A stretch of 64,000 nucleotides of DNA, from the NCBI GenBank assembly GCA_963700145.1, contig OY969474.1, positions 2,976,001-3,040,000 on the forward strand, written 5' to 3'. Position numbers and translations under genes: made by a program. Source of the DNA: an uncultured Acidobacteriota bacterium (GTDB lineage: Bacteria > Acidobacteriota > Thermoanaerobaculia > Multivoradales > UBA5704). Positions 10,019-19,299 of this stretch are shown one piece after another (the first letter of the stretch is position 1; each line of letters opens with the position of its first letter). The notes below the pieces were generated by a model, which was given only the letters and a program-made list of their open reading frames with translations, did not search any database and had not been told where the DNA came from.

Positions 10019-12562
10019 ATGCGCACTCCGTTCCCGAAGCTCCTGACGCTCCTGCTCGTCGCGGTCATGGCCGCCGGCTGCGCCAGCTACAGCGCCTACC
10101 GCCGGGCCGAGATCGCCTCCCAGACCGGCGACTGGGACGAGGCGGTGCTGCAGTACATGCAGGCGCTGGAGCAGGACCCGGGCAACATCACCTACCGGGC
10201 CGCCCTCATGCGGGCCAAGATCCGCGCCTCGCAGGAGCACTTCAAGAAGGCCAAGGAGTACCGCGAGGCGGGGGTGCAGGAGCGGGCGCTCGTCGAGCTG
10301 CAGCAGGCGGTGCAGCTCGACCCGACGAACCAGTACGCCGCGGCCGAGCTGGAGAACGTGCGCCTGGCGATCGCCGTGCAGCGGCGCGAGCCGGCGACAC
10401 TGCAGGAGCTCAAGGACAAGAGCCGCGGCACGCGGCCGCAGCCGCCGGTCTTGAACCCGCGCTCCAAGGAGCCGATCTCGCTCAACTTCCCGCAGCCGGT
10501 GTCGCTGTTCGAGATCTACCAGGCCCTGGGCAAGGCCTTCGGCATCAACATCCTCTTCGACCCCAACCTGAAGGACCAGGAGATCGCCATCGACCTGGTG
10601 GACGTCGACGCCCAGTCGGCGCTCGAGACGCTGATGCGCGCCTCCAACCACTTCTACAAGGTGCTCGACGAGCACACCATCATCATCGCCGCCGACACGC
10701 CGCAGAACCGCCGCACCTACGAAGACCTGGTCATCCAGACCTTCTTCCTCTCGAACGCCGAGGTGAAGGACATGATGACCATCCTGCGCAGCCTGGTGGA
10801 CGCCAAGAAGATCGCCACCAACGAGCAGCTCAACGCCATCATCCTGCGCGACACCGCCGACAAGGTGAAGGTCGCCGAGCGGATCATCGAGTCGAACGAC
10901 AAGTCGAAGGCCGAGGTGGTGGTGGACATCGAGCTGCTGCAGATCAACACCAGCAAGCTGCGCGACCTCGGCGTCTCGCTCTCCGACTACCGGGTGACGC
11001 AGACCCTCGATCTGGGCGGCGAGAACGTGCCGCTGCGCATCTCCGACCTCCAGTTCCTCGACCAGAGCAACTGGGTGCTGGCGATCCCCAACTTCATCTA
11101 CAGCTTCGTCAAGCAGAACGGCGACGCCCAGCTCCTGGCCAAGCCGCAGCTGCGCATCACCGAGGGGGAGAAGGCGAGCCTGGTGATCGGCGACAAGGTG
11201 CCGATCCCCCTGACCACCTTCAACACCTCCAACACCGTCGGCGGCAACATCGTGCCGATCACCTCCTTCCAGTACCAGGACGTCGGCATCCGCATCAACA
11301 TCGAGCCGCGCGTCCATCACAACCGCGAGGTGACGCTGAAGATCCAGGTCGAGGTCTCCAACCTCGGCGAGTTCGTCGAGGGCTCGGGCGGGCAGCGGCA
11401 GCCGATCATCGGCACCCGCACCTTCGAGTCGGTCATCCGCCTGCAGGACGGCGAGACCAACTTCCTGGCCGGCCTGATCCGCTCCGACGAGTCGCGCACC
11501 GACTCGGGGATGCCGGGGCTGTCGGAGATCCCGGTGCTCGGCCGCCTCTTCTCCTCGCGCGTCGACCGCAACTCGCGCACCGACGTCATCCTGACCCTGA
11601 CGCCGCACATCATCCGCAACGCCGAGATCACCGCCGAGGACCTGCTGCCGATCTGGGTCGGCACCGAGACCAACATCAGCTTCCGCGGCGCCAGCCCGCG
11701 CGTCGAGTCCGACGTCGAGGGGCCGTTCGAAGGCGAGGAGGGGACGCCGGAGGAGATCCAGGACGCCATCCGCCGCCGCATCCAGCAGCTGCCGCGCGGC
11801 CTGCGGCCGGGGGAGGCGGAGATGGCGGGGGAGCAGACCCCCGAAGACGTCGAGGAGGTGCCGCCGCCGCCGGGTGTCGACCTGGTGCCGTCGGCGCCGC
11901 CGACCGACATCTTCCGCCAGCCCGAGCCGCCGACGGAGCCCGAGGAGCCGCCGGTCGAGGAGGAGCCGCCGGGCGGCGGCGCGGCGGTGCAGGAGGAAGA
12001 GGTGGACGAAGTGGGCATGGTGGGCGTGCCGGCGGCCGAGGCCGTCGCCGCGGCCGGCCTGCGCCTGGCGGCGGCGGAGGCCGGCAACGAGGCCGACGCG
12101 GCCGCCTCGACCAACGTCCGCCTGTGGCTGGCGCCGCAGGCCGTGGCGGTCGCCCCCGGCGACCTCTTCGAGGTGCGGCTCCAGGCCGCCTCCGCCCTCC
12201 CTCTCTCGCACCTGCCGCTCGCCCTCTCCTTCGACCCCAAGGTGCTGGCGGTCGAAAAGGTCGAGGCCGGCACCTTCCTCGGCCCGCGCGGCCAGGCGGA
12301 GGTGCTCGCCGACCACTCCCGCCCGGGCGAGCTCCTGCTCGGCGCCAGCCGGCTCGGCGAGCTGCCCGGCGTGACCGGCAACGGCACCGTCGCGCGCGTC
12401 ACCTTCAAGGCGCTCGCCGCCGGCCGCACCCGCCTCGCCTTCCTCGAGAGCCGCGCGCTCAACCCGCAGCTCCTGCCGCTCGCCGTCGCCGCCGAGCCGG
12501 CCGAGGTGCGGGTGACGCCGGGTGGGCCGCGCAAGCCGGCGGCGAAGAAACCGGAGAGCTAA
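10019..12562 (+). CDS. secretin (GspD/PilQ family) lipoprotein with N-terminal TPR and C-terminal cohesin-like domain
   Basis: Lipobox AAGC, TPR helices, LAKPQL...GDKVPI, YQDVGI, LQDGETNFLAGLI, GLSEIPVLGRLF, LTPHIIR; tail LSFDPKVL...GNGTVARVTFKA; RBS GAGGAG. Confidence 0.92.
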   Translation: MRTPFPKLLTLLLVAVMAAGCASYSAYRRAEIASQTGDWDEAVLQYMQALEQDPGNITYRAALMRAKIRASQEHFKKAKEYREAGVQERALVELQQAVQLDPTNQYAAAELENVRLAIAVQRREPATLQELKDKSRGTRPQPPVLNPRSKEPISLNFPQPVSLFEIYQALGKAFGINILFDPNLKDQEIAIDLVDVDAQSALETLMRASNHFYKVLDEHTIIIAADTPQNRRTYEDLVIQTFFLSNAEVKDMMTILRSLVDAKKIATNEQLNAIILRDTADKVKVAERIIESNDKSKAEVVVDIELLQINTSKLRDLGVSLSDYRVTQTLDLGGENVPLRISDLQFLDQSNWVLAIPNFIYSFVKQNGDAQLLAKPQLRITEGEKASLVIGDKVPIPLTTFNTSNTVGGNIVPITSFQYQDVGIRINIEPRVHHNREVTLKIQVEVSNLGEFVEGSGGQRQPIIGTRTFESVIRLQDGETNFLAGLIRSDESRTDSGMPGLSEIPVLGRLFSSRVDRNSRTDVILTLTPHIIRNAEITAEDLLPIWVGTETNISFRGASPRVESDVEGPFEGEEGTPEEIQDAIRRRIQQLPRGLRPGEAEMAGEQTPEDVEEVPPPPGVDLVPSAPPTDIFRQPEPPTEPEEPPVEEEPPGGGAAVQEEEVDEVGMVGVPAAEAVAAAGLRLAAAEAGNEADAAASTNVRLWLAPQAVAVAPGDLFEVRLQAASALPLSHLPLALSFDPKVLAVEKVEAGTFLGPRGQAEVLADHSRPGELLLGASRLGELPGVTGNGTVARVTFKALAAGRTRLAFLESRALNPQLLPLAVAAEPAEVRVTPGGPRKPAAKKPES

Positions 12563-12619
12563 GAGATGCGCGAGGGTTTGCCTCTGGCCACCCACCCGTC
12601 AAGTCCATTGACTTCGACA

Positions 12620-12656
12620 CCCCCTCCCCGGCCCTCCCCCGCTGCGCGGGGAGGGG
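12620..12656. repeat. short palindromic (REP-like) element upstream of / in the leader of the first pseudopilin
   Basis: cccctccccggccctcccccgctgcgcggggaggggg forms a hairpin. Confidence 0.55.
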
Positions 12657-12660
12657 GCGC

Positions 12661-13122
12661 CTGCTCCGGAACGGTGAGGCCGGCTACACCCTCGCCGAGC
12701 TGGTCATGGTCGCGGTGGTGATGACGATCCTCGCCATGGCGGTCCTGCCGGTGGCCAAGTACACCAGCCGGCGGACCAAGGAGCTCGAGCTCAAGCAGGC
12801 GCTGCGCTCGATGCGCGCCGGCATCGACGAGTTCAAGCGCTACAGCGATGCCGGCATGATCCCGATCGACCTCGGCACCGACGGCTATCCGGCGGAGCTG
12901 GAGGTGCTGGTCGAGGGCGTGGACCTGGTCGGACAGATCGACCGCAAGGTCAAGTTCCTGCGCCGGGTCCCGATCGACCCGATGACCGGCGAGCAGGAGT
13001 GGGGGCTGCGCAGCTACCAGGACGAGCCCGACTCCACCTCCTGGGGGGGCGAGAACGTCTACGACGTCTACTCGCTCGCCGGCGGCACGGGGCTCAACGG
13101 CGTCCCCTACGAGAAATGGTAG
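12661..13122 (+). CDS. pseudopilin (GspG-like); start codon non-canonical or uncertain
   Basis: Prepilin site G|YTLAEL with E5; YPAELEVLVEG, FLRRVPIDPMTG. Confidence 0.85.
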   Translation: MLRNGEAGYTLAELVMVAVVMTILAMAVLPVAKYTSRRTKELELKQALRSMRAGIDEFKRYSDAGMIPIDLGTDGYPAELEVLVEGVDLVGQIDRKVKFLRRVPIDPMTGEQEWGLRSYQDEPDSTSWGGENVYDVYSLAGGTGLNGVPYEKW

Positions 13123-13147
13123 CGCCCGGCCTACGTGCCGGGCGTTC
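13119..13147 (+). repeat. GTAG-type REP element (copy 1)
   Basis: GTAG-cgcccggc-ctacgt-gccgggcg; exact reverse complement of 25989-26017. Confidence 0.8.
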
Positions 13148-13165
13148 AGGCGCAAGGAGATTCAG

Positions 13166-13591
13166 GTGAGCACAGAGGGCAGGCGCCGCACCGCCGGATT
13201 CACCCTGCTGGAGCTGATCGTGGTCATCGCGGTCATCGGCATCCTGGCGGCGATCGCCATGCCGGCGCTCAAGAACGTGCCGCGGCGAGCCACCGAGTCG
13301 GTGCTCAAGAACAACCTGCGCACGATGCGCGACGTCATCGACCAGTACATGGGCGACAAGGGGAACTACCCGCCGAGCCTCGAGGCGCTGGTCGAGGAGG
13401 GCTACCTGCGCAAGGTCCCCAACGATCCGATCACCAAGAGCAACGACACCTGGCTGCTGGTCTTCGAGGAGCCGAGCGACGAGGAGTCCGGCGGCTTCTC
13501 GGACGACGAGACGGCGCAGCCCGGGATCATCGACATCCACTCGGGCTCCGACCAGCTGTCGCTCGACGGGACTCCCTACTCCGAATGGTGA
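13166..13591 (+). CDS. pseudopilin (GspG-like)
   Basis: G|FTLLELIVV prepilin motif; [21 protein letters not shown]; RBS AAGGAG. Confidence 0.92.
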   Translation: MSTEGRRRTAGFTLLELIVVIAVIGILAAIAMPALKNVPRRATESVLKNNLRTMRDVIDQYMGDKGNYPPSLEALVEEGYLRKVPNDPITKSNDTWLLVFEEPSDEESGGFSDDETAQPGIIDIHSGSDQLSLDGTPYSEW

Positions 13592-14289
13592 CGCCGCCCC
13601 AGGACCGGCGCGCGCGGCGCGGCGAGGCGGGGTACAACCTCGTCGTCCTCGCCGTCGCCCTGACCGTCATGAGCATCCTGGTCGCCGCCGCCCTGCCGCT
13701 GTGGAGCCAGGCGATCCGCCGCGACAAGGAGGAGGAGCTGATCTCGCGCGGCCTCCAGTACGCCGAGGGGATCCGCGTCTTCCAGCACCGCTTCGGGCGA
13801 CTGCCGGTGCGGCTCGAGGAGCTGGTCGAGGTCGAGCCGCGCTGCCTGCGCAAGCTGTGGAAGGACCCGATGACCGAGGACGGCCGCTGGGCGCCGGTCT
13901 TCGCCGGCACCGAAGAGGTGCCGGTGCCCCCCGAGACGCCGGACGGGCGGACGCGGGGGCGGCGGCAGCCGCCACCCGAGAAAGACGACGAGGAAGCCAC
14001 CGACAGCCTCGACCCGAACGCGCCGCCGGAGGCAGGCCAGGAGGTGGCGGTGGGGCCGATCATCGGCGTCCGCAGCCGCAGCCAGGAGGAGTCGGTCCTC
14101 AACTTCCTCGGCCAGACGCGCCACGACCGCTGGGTCTTCCGCGCCGACACCTTCGCGCTGCGCCCCAACGCCATGGGCAACCCGCAGGTGGTCCCCAGCT
14201 TCAACTACTACTGGTGGCGGCCGATGCGCGGCGGCCTGCTGCCGCCCGGGCTGCAGCCTCCCGACACGCCGCCTCCGCCCGTCAAGTGA
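13585..14289 (+). CDS. minor pseudopilin (lacks E5, as GspK/PilX types do)
   Basis: G|[36 protein letters not shown]. Confidence 0.75.
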   Translation: MVTPPQDRRARRGEAGYNLVVLAVALTVMSILVAAALPLWSQAIRRDKEEELISRGLQYAEGIRVFQHRFGRLPVRLEELVEVEPRCLRKLWKDPMTEDGRWAPVFAGTEEVPVPPETPDGRTRGRRQPPPEKDDEEATDSLDPNAPPEAGQEVAVGPIIGVRSRSQEESVLNFLGQTRHDRWVFRADTFALRPNAMGNPQVVPSFNYYWWRPMRGGLLPPGLQPPDTPPPPVK

Positions 14290-14735
14290 CGACCGTGCGG
14301 CTCCGCTTCCGGCGGCTCCCCTGGGCGCAGGGTCTGCCGGCGCCGGGCCCGGCCTCCCCCGGCAGCGCCGGCTGCGACCTGCGCGCCGCGGTCGCCGACG
14401 AGCTGGTGCTCCCGCCCGGCGCGCGGGCGGCCGTCCCCACCGGCCTGGTGGTCGAGATCCCCCCCGGCTGGGAGGGGCAGGTGCGGCCGCGCAGCGGTCT
14501 CGCCCTGCGCCACGGCGTGACCCTCCCGAACGCCCCCGGCACCATCGACAGCGACTACCGCGGCGAGGTCCAGGTGATCCTGCAGAACCTCGGCGACGCC
14601 CCCTTCACCGTCCGCCGCGGCGACCGCATCGCCCAGCTCGTCCTGGCGCGCGTCGAGGCGGTCGAGTGGGTGGAGGCCGAGGAGCTGTCGGAGACCGGGC
14701 GGGGCGAAGGGGGCTTCGGCTCGACGGGGAGCTAA
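14286..14735 (+). CDS. dut: dUTP diphosphatase
   Basis: [42 protein letters not shown]. Confidence 0.96.
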   Translation: MTTVRLRFRRLPWAQGLPAPGPASPGSAGCDLRAAVADELVLPPGARAAVPTGLVVEIPPGWEGQVRPRSGLALRHGVTLPNAPGTIDSDYRGEVQVILQNLGDAPFTVRRGDRIAQLVLARVEAVEWVEAEELSETGRGEGGFGSTGS

Positions 14736-14768
14736 ACTAGGGCGCAACGACCCCAAAGGAGTGCGACG

Positions 14769-15044
14769 ATGCTCGGACTGCTCCTGCTCATGGTCTCGTT
14801 GACGCCGGCACCGCAGGTCGAGGCGGTCGAGCCCGGCGCGGCCGTCGACCTCTGCGCCGCCGCCGAAGAGATCGCCATGCAGCGGCCCTGCTTGCGGGCC
14901 GAGGACTGCGGCGCCTACCAGGATTGGCAGCGGCTGTTCGGACCGGCCGGCCCGCGGCAGCTCGACCCGGCGCTCCCCGCGGCGCGCCGCGCCGACGGCG
15001 TCGAGCGGCGGTTGGTCGTCTGCCCGGCGCGCCCGCGGCGCTGA
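14769..15044 (+). CDS. small exported protein with 4 Cys
   Basis: RBS AAAGGA, hydrophobic N-terminus, TAAACT -10-like box upstream. Confidence 0.55.
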   Translation: MLGLLLLMVSLTPAPQVEAVEPGAAVDLCAAAEEIAMQRPCLRAEDCGAYQDWQRLFGPAGPRQLDPALPAARRADGVERRLVVCPARPRR

Positions 15045-15104
15045 GGCGGCCGGCAAGCCGGCCCGGTACACTGCGCAGATCGAGGGACCAAGAGGAGGCA
15101 TGAC

Positions 15105-15230
15105 ATGGCCAAGTCGAAGGGCGGCAAGGGCAGCAAGCCGAAGCGCGAGGCGAAGAAACCCAAGAAGAAGGGCGGCCCGAAAACCCGCTCGGGAGATTCC
15201 GGAACCAAGGGCAGCGGCAGCGCCGGGTAG
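15105..15230 (+). CDS. 41-aa Lys/Gly-rich basic small protein
   Basis: AGGAGG RBS; MAKSKGGKGSKPKREAKKPKKKGGPKTRSGDSGTKGSGSAG; mostly AAG codons; not in the ORF track. Confidence 0.65.
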   Translation: MAKSKGGKGSKPKREAKKPKKKGGPKTRSGDSGTKGSGSAG

Positions 15231-15248
15231 GGCCCGGGCGGCGGAGCC

Positions 15249-17165
15249 GTGGCACTAGCGCCCCGACGCGCGCCGCGGCGCCTGCCGCTCCTCGTCCTCC
15301 TCGTCTGCGCCGCTTGCCGGGCCGGCGCGCCGCCGGCACCGACGCCGGCCGAGCCCGCGGTCGCGGCCGCCGCGGCGGAGAGCGCGCGGCCGCGGCGGGT
15401 GATCCTCGTCTCGCTCGACGGCGCTTCCACCGCCGACCTGGAGCGCTTCTACCGCGAGGGTGAGTTCGATGCGGCGCGCGGCTTCCGCCGCTTCTTCGAG
15501 GAGGGGCAGGTGGCGGCGGGGCTGATCCCGGTGGACCCCACGCTCACCTCGCCGAACCACGCGAGCCTCGCGACCGGCGCGCCGCCGGCGCGCACCGGCA
15601 TCGTCAGCAACACCTTCCACCGCCCGGGCGATCCGCTCGGCAAGACGGTGAGCGGCTTCGACGTGCCGCTCGAGACCGAGGCGCTCTGGGAGGCGGCGCG
15701 GCGGCAGGGGAAGCGCACGGTGTCGCTCACCTGGCCGCACGCGCATGGGGTGGAGGGCCGGCGCCGCGCCGACTACGGCGTGCTCTACGTCAACGACCCG
15801 GAGGCCCCGGCGCGGATCGTGGACGTCGGCCGCGCGGCCTGGGGCGAGCCCGACTACGCTCCCGCGCGCAACGCCTATTCCCCCGTCCGCATGGCGCGGA
15901 TCGCCACTGCGGGAGCGGGCGGCGCCGACGTCCAGGTCCGGCTCTACGCGCTCGACCGCTCCGACGACGGCCGGGCGGGCTACGACTCGATCGAAGTCTG
16001 GCCGGAGGTCGCCGGCGCCCAGCCGGGCCTGTTGGAGCCCGGCGGCGGTTGGGAGCAGGTCGTCTTCGACCCCCACCCGCGCGGCGAGGACGAGGGGGCG
16101 GCGGTGTCCCACGCGAAGCTCCTCGACCTCGCCCCCGACCTCGCGCGCGTGCGCATCTACCTCGGCGGCATCTACCGCACCCGCGCCTTCCCGCGCGGCT
16201 ACCTCCTCAAGCTCCAGCGCGCCGGCCTGTACTGGCCCGGAGCGCCGGACGACGACCACCTCGACGACTTCTGGGCCGGGCGCCCGGGCATCGACCTGGC
16301 CACCTGGCTCGAGCAGGCCGCGAACCTCGCGTCCTTCTACGACCACCTCAAGGCGCTGCTCTTCGGCCCCGACGACTGGGACCTGGCGATGGTCTACCTG
16401 CCGCACATCGACGAAGCGGGGCATCAGCTCTACCTCGCGTCGCCGCGGCAACCCGGCTACGGCCGCGAGCGGGTGGCGGAGCTCGACGCCGCCCGCCGCG
16501 CCGTCTGGCGCATGGCCGACGGGTTCCTCGCTCACCTCTTCGCGGTCGGCGAGACGATGGCCGACACGGCGGTCGTCGTGGTCAGCGACCACGGCATGCA
16601 CCCGCTGCATTCGACGCTCGACCCCAACTTCCTGCTGCGGCGCGAGGGGCTGCAGGCGGTGGACGCGGACGGCCGCGTCGTGGCGGCGGGCACCTCGGCG
16701 TGGGCGGTGACCTCGAGCGCCATGACGCACGTCTACCTGACGGCGCCGGCCGCGGAGCGCGCCCCGCTCATCGAGCGGCTGCGGCGGCTCTTCGCGGGCT
16801 TCGAGGTCGCGGGCGAGCGGCCGGTGGCGCGCGTCGTGACGCGCAAGGAGGCGGGGCCGCTGGGCCTCGACCACCCGGCCGCCGGCGACCTCATGCTCTT
16901 CGCCACCCCCGGCTGGCTCTTCGACAAGGGCGGCGCGAAGCGCGGCGCCGCCACCGGCCCCGCCGACCACCTCGGCGCCCACGGCTACCTCAACACCGTT
17001 ACGGCGATGCACGGCATCTACCTGGCCCTGGGCCCCGGCGTGCCGCCAGGACGTGTCGGTCAGGTGAGGACGACGGAGGTGGCCGGAAGGGTGGCGGCCC
17101 TCCTCGGCATCCACCCGCCGCAGCCGCTGCCGTCGATGCCACAACCGCCGGCGGAGCCGCCGTAG
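15249..17165 (+). CDS. nucleotide pyrophosphatase/phosphodiesterase (alkaline phosphatase superfamily), lipoprotein
   Basis: LVSLDG, PTLTSPNHASLATG, IDEAGH, VVSDHG, GAHGY; lipobox-like CAAC. Confidence 0.88.
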   Translation: MALAPRRAPRRLPLLVLLVCAACRAGAPPAPTPAEPAVAAAAAESARPRRVILVSLDGASTADLERFYREGEFDAARGFRRFFEEGQVAAGLIPVDPTLTSPNHASLATGAPPARTGIVSNTFHRPGDPLGKTVSGFDVPLETEALWEAARRQGKRTVSLTWPHAHGVEGRRRADYGVLYVNDPEAPARIVDVGRAAWGEPDYAPARNAYSPVRMARIATAGAGGADVQVRLYALDRSDDGRAGYDSIEVWPEVAGAQPGLLEPGGGWEQVVFDPHPRGEDEGAAVSHAKLLDLAPDLARVRIYLGGIYRTRAFPRGYLLKLQRAGLYWPGAPDDDHLDDFWAGRPGIDLATWLEQAANLASFYDHLKALLFGPDDWDLAMVYLPHIDEAGHQLYLASPRQPGYGRERVAELDAARRAVWRMADGFLAHLFAVGETMADTAVVVVSDHGMHPLHSTLDPNFLLRREGLQAVDADGRVVAAGTSAWAVTSSAMTHVYLTAPAAERAPLIERLRRLFAGFEVAGERPVARVVTRKEAGPLGLDHPAAGDLMLFATPGWLFDKGGAKRGAATGPADHLGAHGYLNTVTAMHGIYLALGPGVPPGRVGQVRTTEVAGRVAALLGIHPPQPLPSMPQPPAEPP

Positions 17166-17571
17166 CGCCCGGGAGCAAGCGCCCCGCAGCACGAAACAGA
17201 CGTCCGGAGGCCCGGAGCAAGCGGACGGGCGCTCCGGGAGGCTGTCCTCAGGGGTTGGGCAAGCGTACTTACGGCCGGTACAAGCGTACCGACGTCGAGG
17301 GCAAACGTACTTTCGGCTGGTACAAGCGTCCCGTCGCCCGGTACAAGCGTACTTTCGGCCGGTACATATGTACTTTTGAAAAGTACGCTTGCCCCGAGGC
17401 CTGGGGCAAACGTACTTTCGCTTGGGGCAAGCGTACTTTCGGCTGGTACACACGTACTTTCGCTCGGTACATATGTACCAGGCGTTTTCCCGCTTGCCCC
17501 GAGCGAATTCCCGCTTGTACGGAGCGTTTTCCCGCTTGCCGCGGCTTGCGGTGCGTTTGCTCCCGGGCGCT
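17164..17571. repeat. ~410-bp element with 19-bp terminal inverted repeats and internal degenerate 21-bp tandem repeats
   Basis: agcgcccgggagcaagcgc (17164-17182) vs reverse complement of 17553-17571, 18/19 match; units like tacaagcgtactttcggccgg at a 21-bp period. Confidence 0.85.
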
Positions 17572-18956
17572 TACCGCGGTCCCGGCGTCCATTCCCAGCC
17601 GAGGAGCGCCGCCAGGCGGCGGGGGAGCTCGGCGTTGTCGAGGACGCCGGCGAAGCGCTCGGCGCCCGGGCCGCCGGCGTAGAGGGGGACGTCCTCGCCG
17701 GTGTGCCCCTTGGTGTCGTCGAGGTTGACCTTGGGCATGAAGGTGACGCGGTGGCGGCGGGAGAGCGCGGTGCCGAGGGCCCGCTCGGCCTCGTAGACGT
17801 CCTTCTCGGCCCGCACCGCCGCCACCTCCTCCGGCGTCAGCTCGTAGCCGGTCGCCTCCCTGACCGCCTCGCTCCCCGCCCCGTCGCGTAACGCCCGCGC
17901 CAGCGCGGCGACCGACGCCCGCTGCCGGGCGAGCGCCGCCCAGTCGGCGTCGTCGTTGATCGCCAGGCCGCCGGTGGCGTGATCGGCGGTCAGTAGCAGG
18001 AGCGTGTCGGGGCGGGCGCGCTGGAAGGCCAGCGCCTCCTCGACGGCGCGGTCGAAGGCGCGGGTCTCGGCGGCGGTGCCGGCCGGGTCGAAGCCGTGCG
18101 CGGCGTGGTCGATGCGGCCGCCTTCGACCAGCAGGAAGAAGCTGCCGTCCTCGCGGCCGAGGACGGCGAGCGCCAGCCGGGTGAGCGCCGCGAGGCTCGG
18201 CGGCCGCTCCGCCGCCGGCATCTCGTCGCGGTCGAGCTCGAAGGGGAAGTGGTCGAGGGCGAAGAGCCCGAGGAGACGCGCCGGCGGCGGCGCGGCGATC
18301 TCGTCGGTCTTGGTCCAGACGGTGTAGCCCGCCTGCCGCGCAGCGGCCAGCAGGTCGCGGTCGTCCTTCCGGTCGCCGCCGGCCGACGCGGGCAGGAAGA
18401 GCCCGGCGCCGCCGCCGAGCGCCAGGTCCGGCGCCTGCGCCAGGAGCTGCGGCGCGAAGCCCGCCTCGTCGTCGTAGCGCTGGCCGTGGGCGTAGAAGGC
18501 GGCCGGCGTGGCGTGGGTGATGCGCGTCGTCGTGACGTAGCCGATCCGCCAGCCGTGGGCGCGCGCCACCTCGGCGATGCAGCGCAGCGGCCGCTCCCCC
18601 GGGTCGCGGCCGACCTCGCGGTTGGCGGTCTTGACGCCGCAGCCGAGCGCGGTGGCGGCGGCGCCGCTGTCGGTGACGAAGTTGGAGGCCGACCAGGTCG
18701 AGACGATGCCGGTGACCGGGAGCCCCCGCTCGAGCGCCAGCCGCTCGCCCTTGCCGTAGAGGAGGTCGCGCGTCACCGCGAGCTGCGGGAAGCCCATCCC
18801 GTCGCCGATGAAGAGGACGACGGCGCGCGGGCGGACGGCGCTGGCGGCGGCTGCGGCGGTCGGCGCCGGCGCCGGCCGGGAGGCGGCGGCGCAGCCGAGC
18901 GCGACGGCGAGGACGGCGGCGGCGAGCGCGGGGACGGCGGCGGCGCGGCGCTCCAT
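17571..18956 (-). CDS. phoA: alkaline phosphatase (PhoA type), lipoprotein
   Basis: FIGDGMG, VTDSGAAAT, HATPAAF, VEGGRIDHAAH, TADHATGG, HTGEDV. Confidence 0.9.
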   Translation of the reverse strand: MERRAAAVPALAAAVLAVALGCAAASRPAPAPTAAAAASAVRPRAVVLFIGDGMGFPQLAVTRDLLYGKGERLALERGLPVTGIVSTWSASNFVTDSGAAATALGCGVKTANREVGRDPGERPLRCIAEVARAHGWRIGYVTTTRITHATPAAFYAHGQRYDDEAGFAPQLLAQAPDLALGGGAGLFLPASAGGDRKDDRDLLAAARQAGYTVWTKTDEIAAPPPARLLGLFALDHFPFELDRDEMPAAERPPSLAALTRLALAVLGREDGSFFLLVEGGRIDHAAHGFDPAGTAAETRAFDRAVEEALAFQRARPDTLLLLTADHATGGLAINDDADWAALARQRASVAALARALRDGAGSEAVREATGYELTPEEVAAVRAEKDVYEAERALGTALSRRHRVTFMPKVNLDDTKGHTGEDVPLYAGGPGAERFAGVLDNAELPRRLAALLGWEWTPGPR

Positions 18957-18957
18957 C

Positions 18958-19299
18958 TCACTCCTCCTTGCCCTGCTGCAGCTCGAGGCAGAAGTCGACC
19001 AGGGCCTGGATCTCCTCCGGCGACAGCCGGTGGGCGAAACCGGGCATCGGCCCGTAGCCCTGGGCGATGCGGCGGTGGACGACGGTGCGGGCGCCCTTGG
19101 CGATCATCTCGGAGCGGGTGAGGTCGAGCCCGGGGTAGAGCGCGACGTTGCGCGGGTCCCCTTCGCCGCCGGCGCCGTGGCAGCGGGCGCAGTAGTGGGC
19201 GTAGAGCGCCGCCGGGTCGCGGCCCTCCGGCTCGCCGGCGCAGGCGGCGAGGAGCGGGGTCGCGAGCAAGAGCAGGAGGGCGGCGCGCCGCGGGCCCAT
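18958..19299 (-). CDS. monoheme cytochrome c lipoprotein
   Basis: Lipobox LAAC, CARCH heme motif, GYGPMPGF axial Met; TGATG coupling to the SDR gene. Confidence 0.88.
   Translation of the reverse strand: MGPRRAALLLLLATPLLAACAGEPEGRDPAALYAHYCARCHGAGGEGDPRNVALYPGLDLTRSEMIAKGARTVVHRRIAQGYGPMPGFAHRLSPEEIQALVDFCLELQQGKEE

Noticed and set aside
17258-17545. Possible CRISPR array
   Set aside because: Units are contiguous degenerate 21-mers with no unique spacers, and there are no cas genes in the window.
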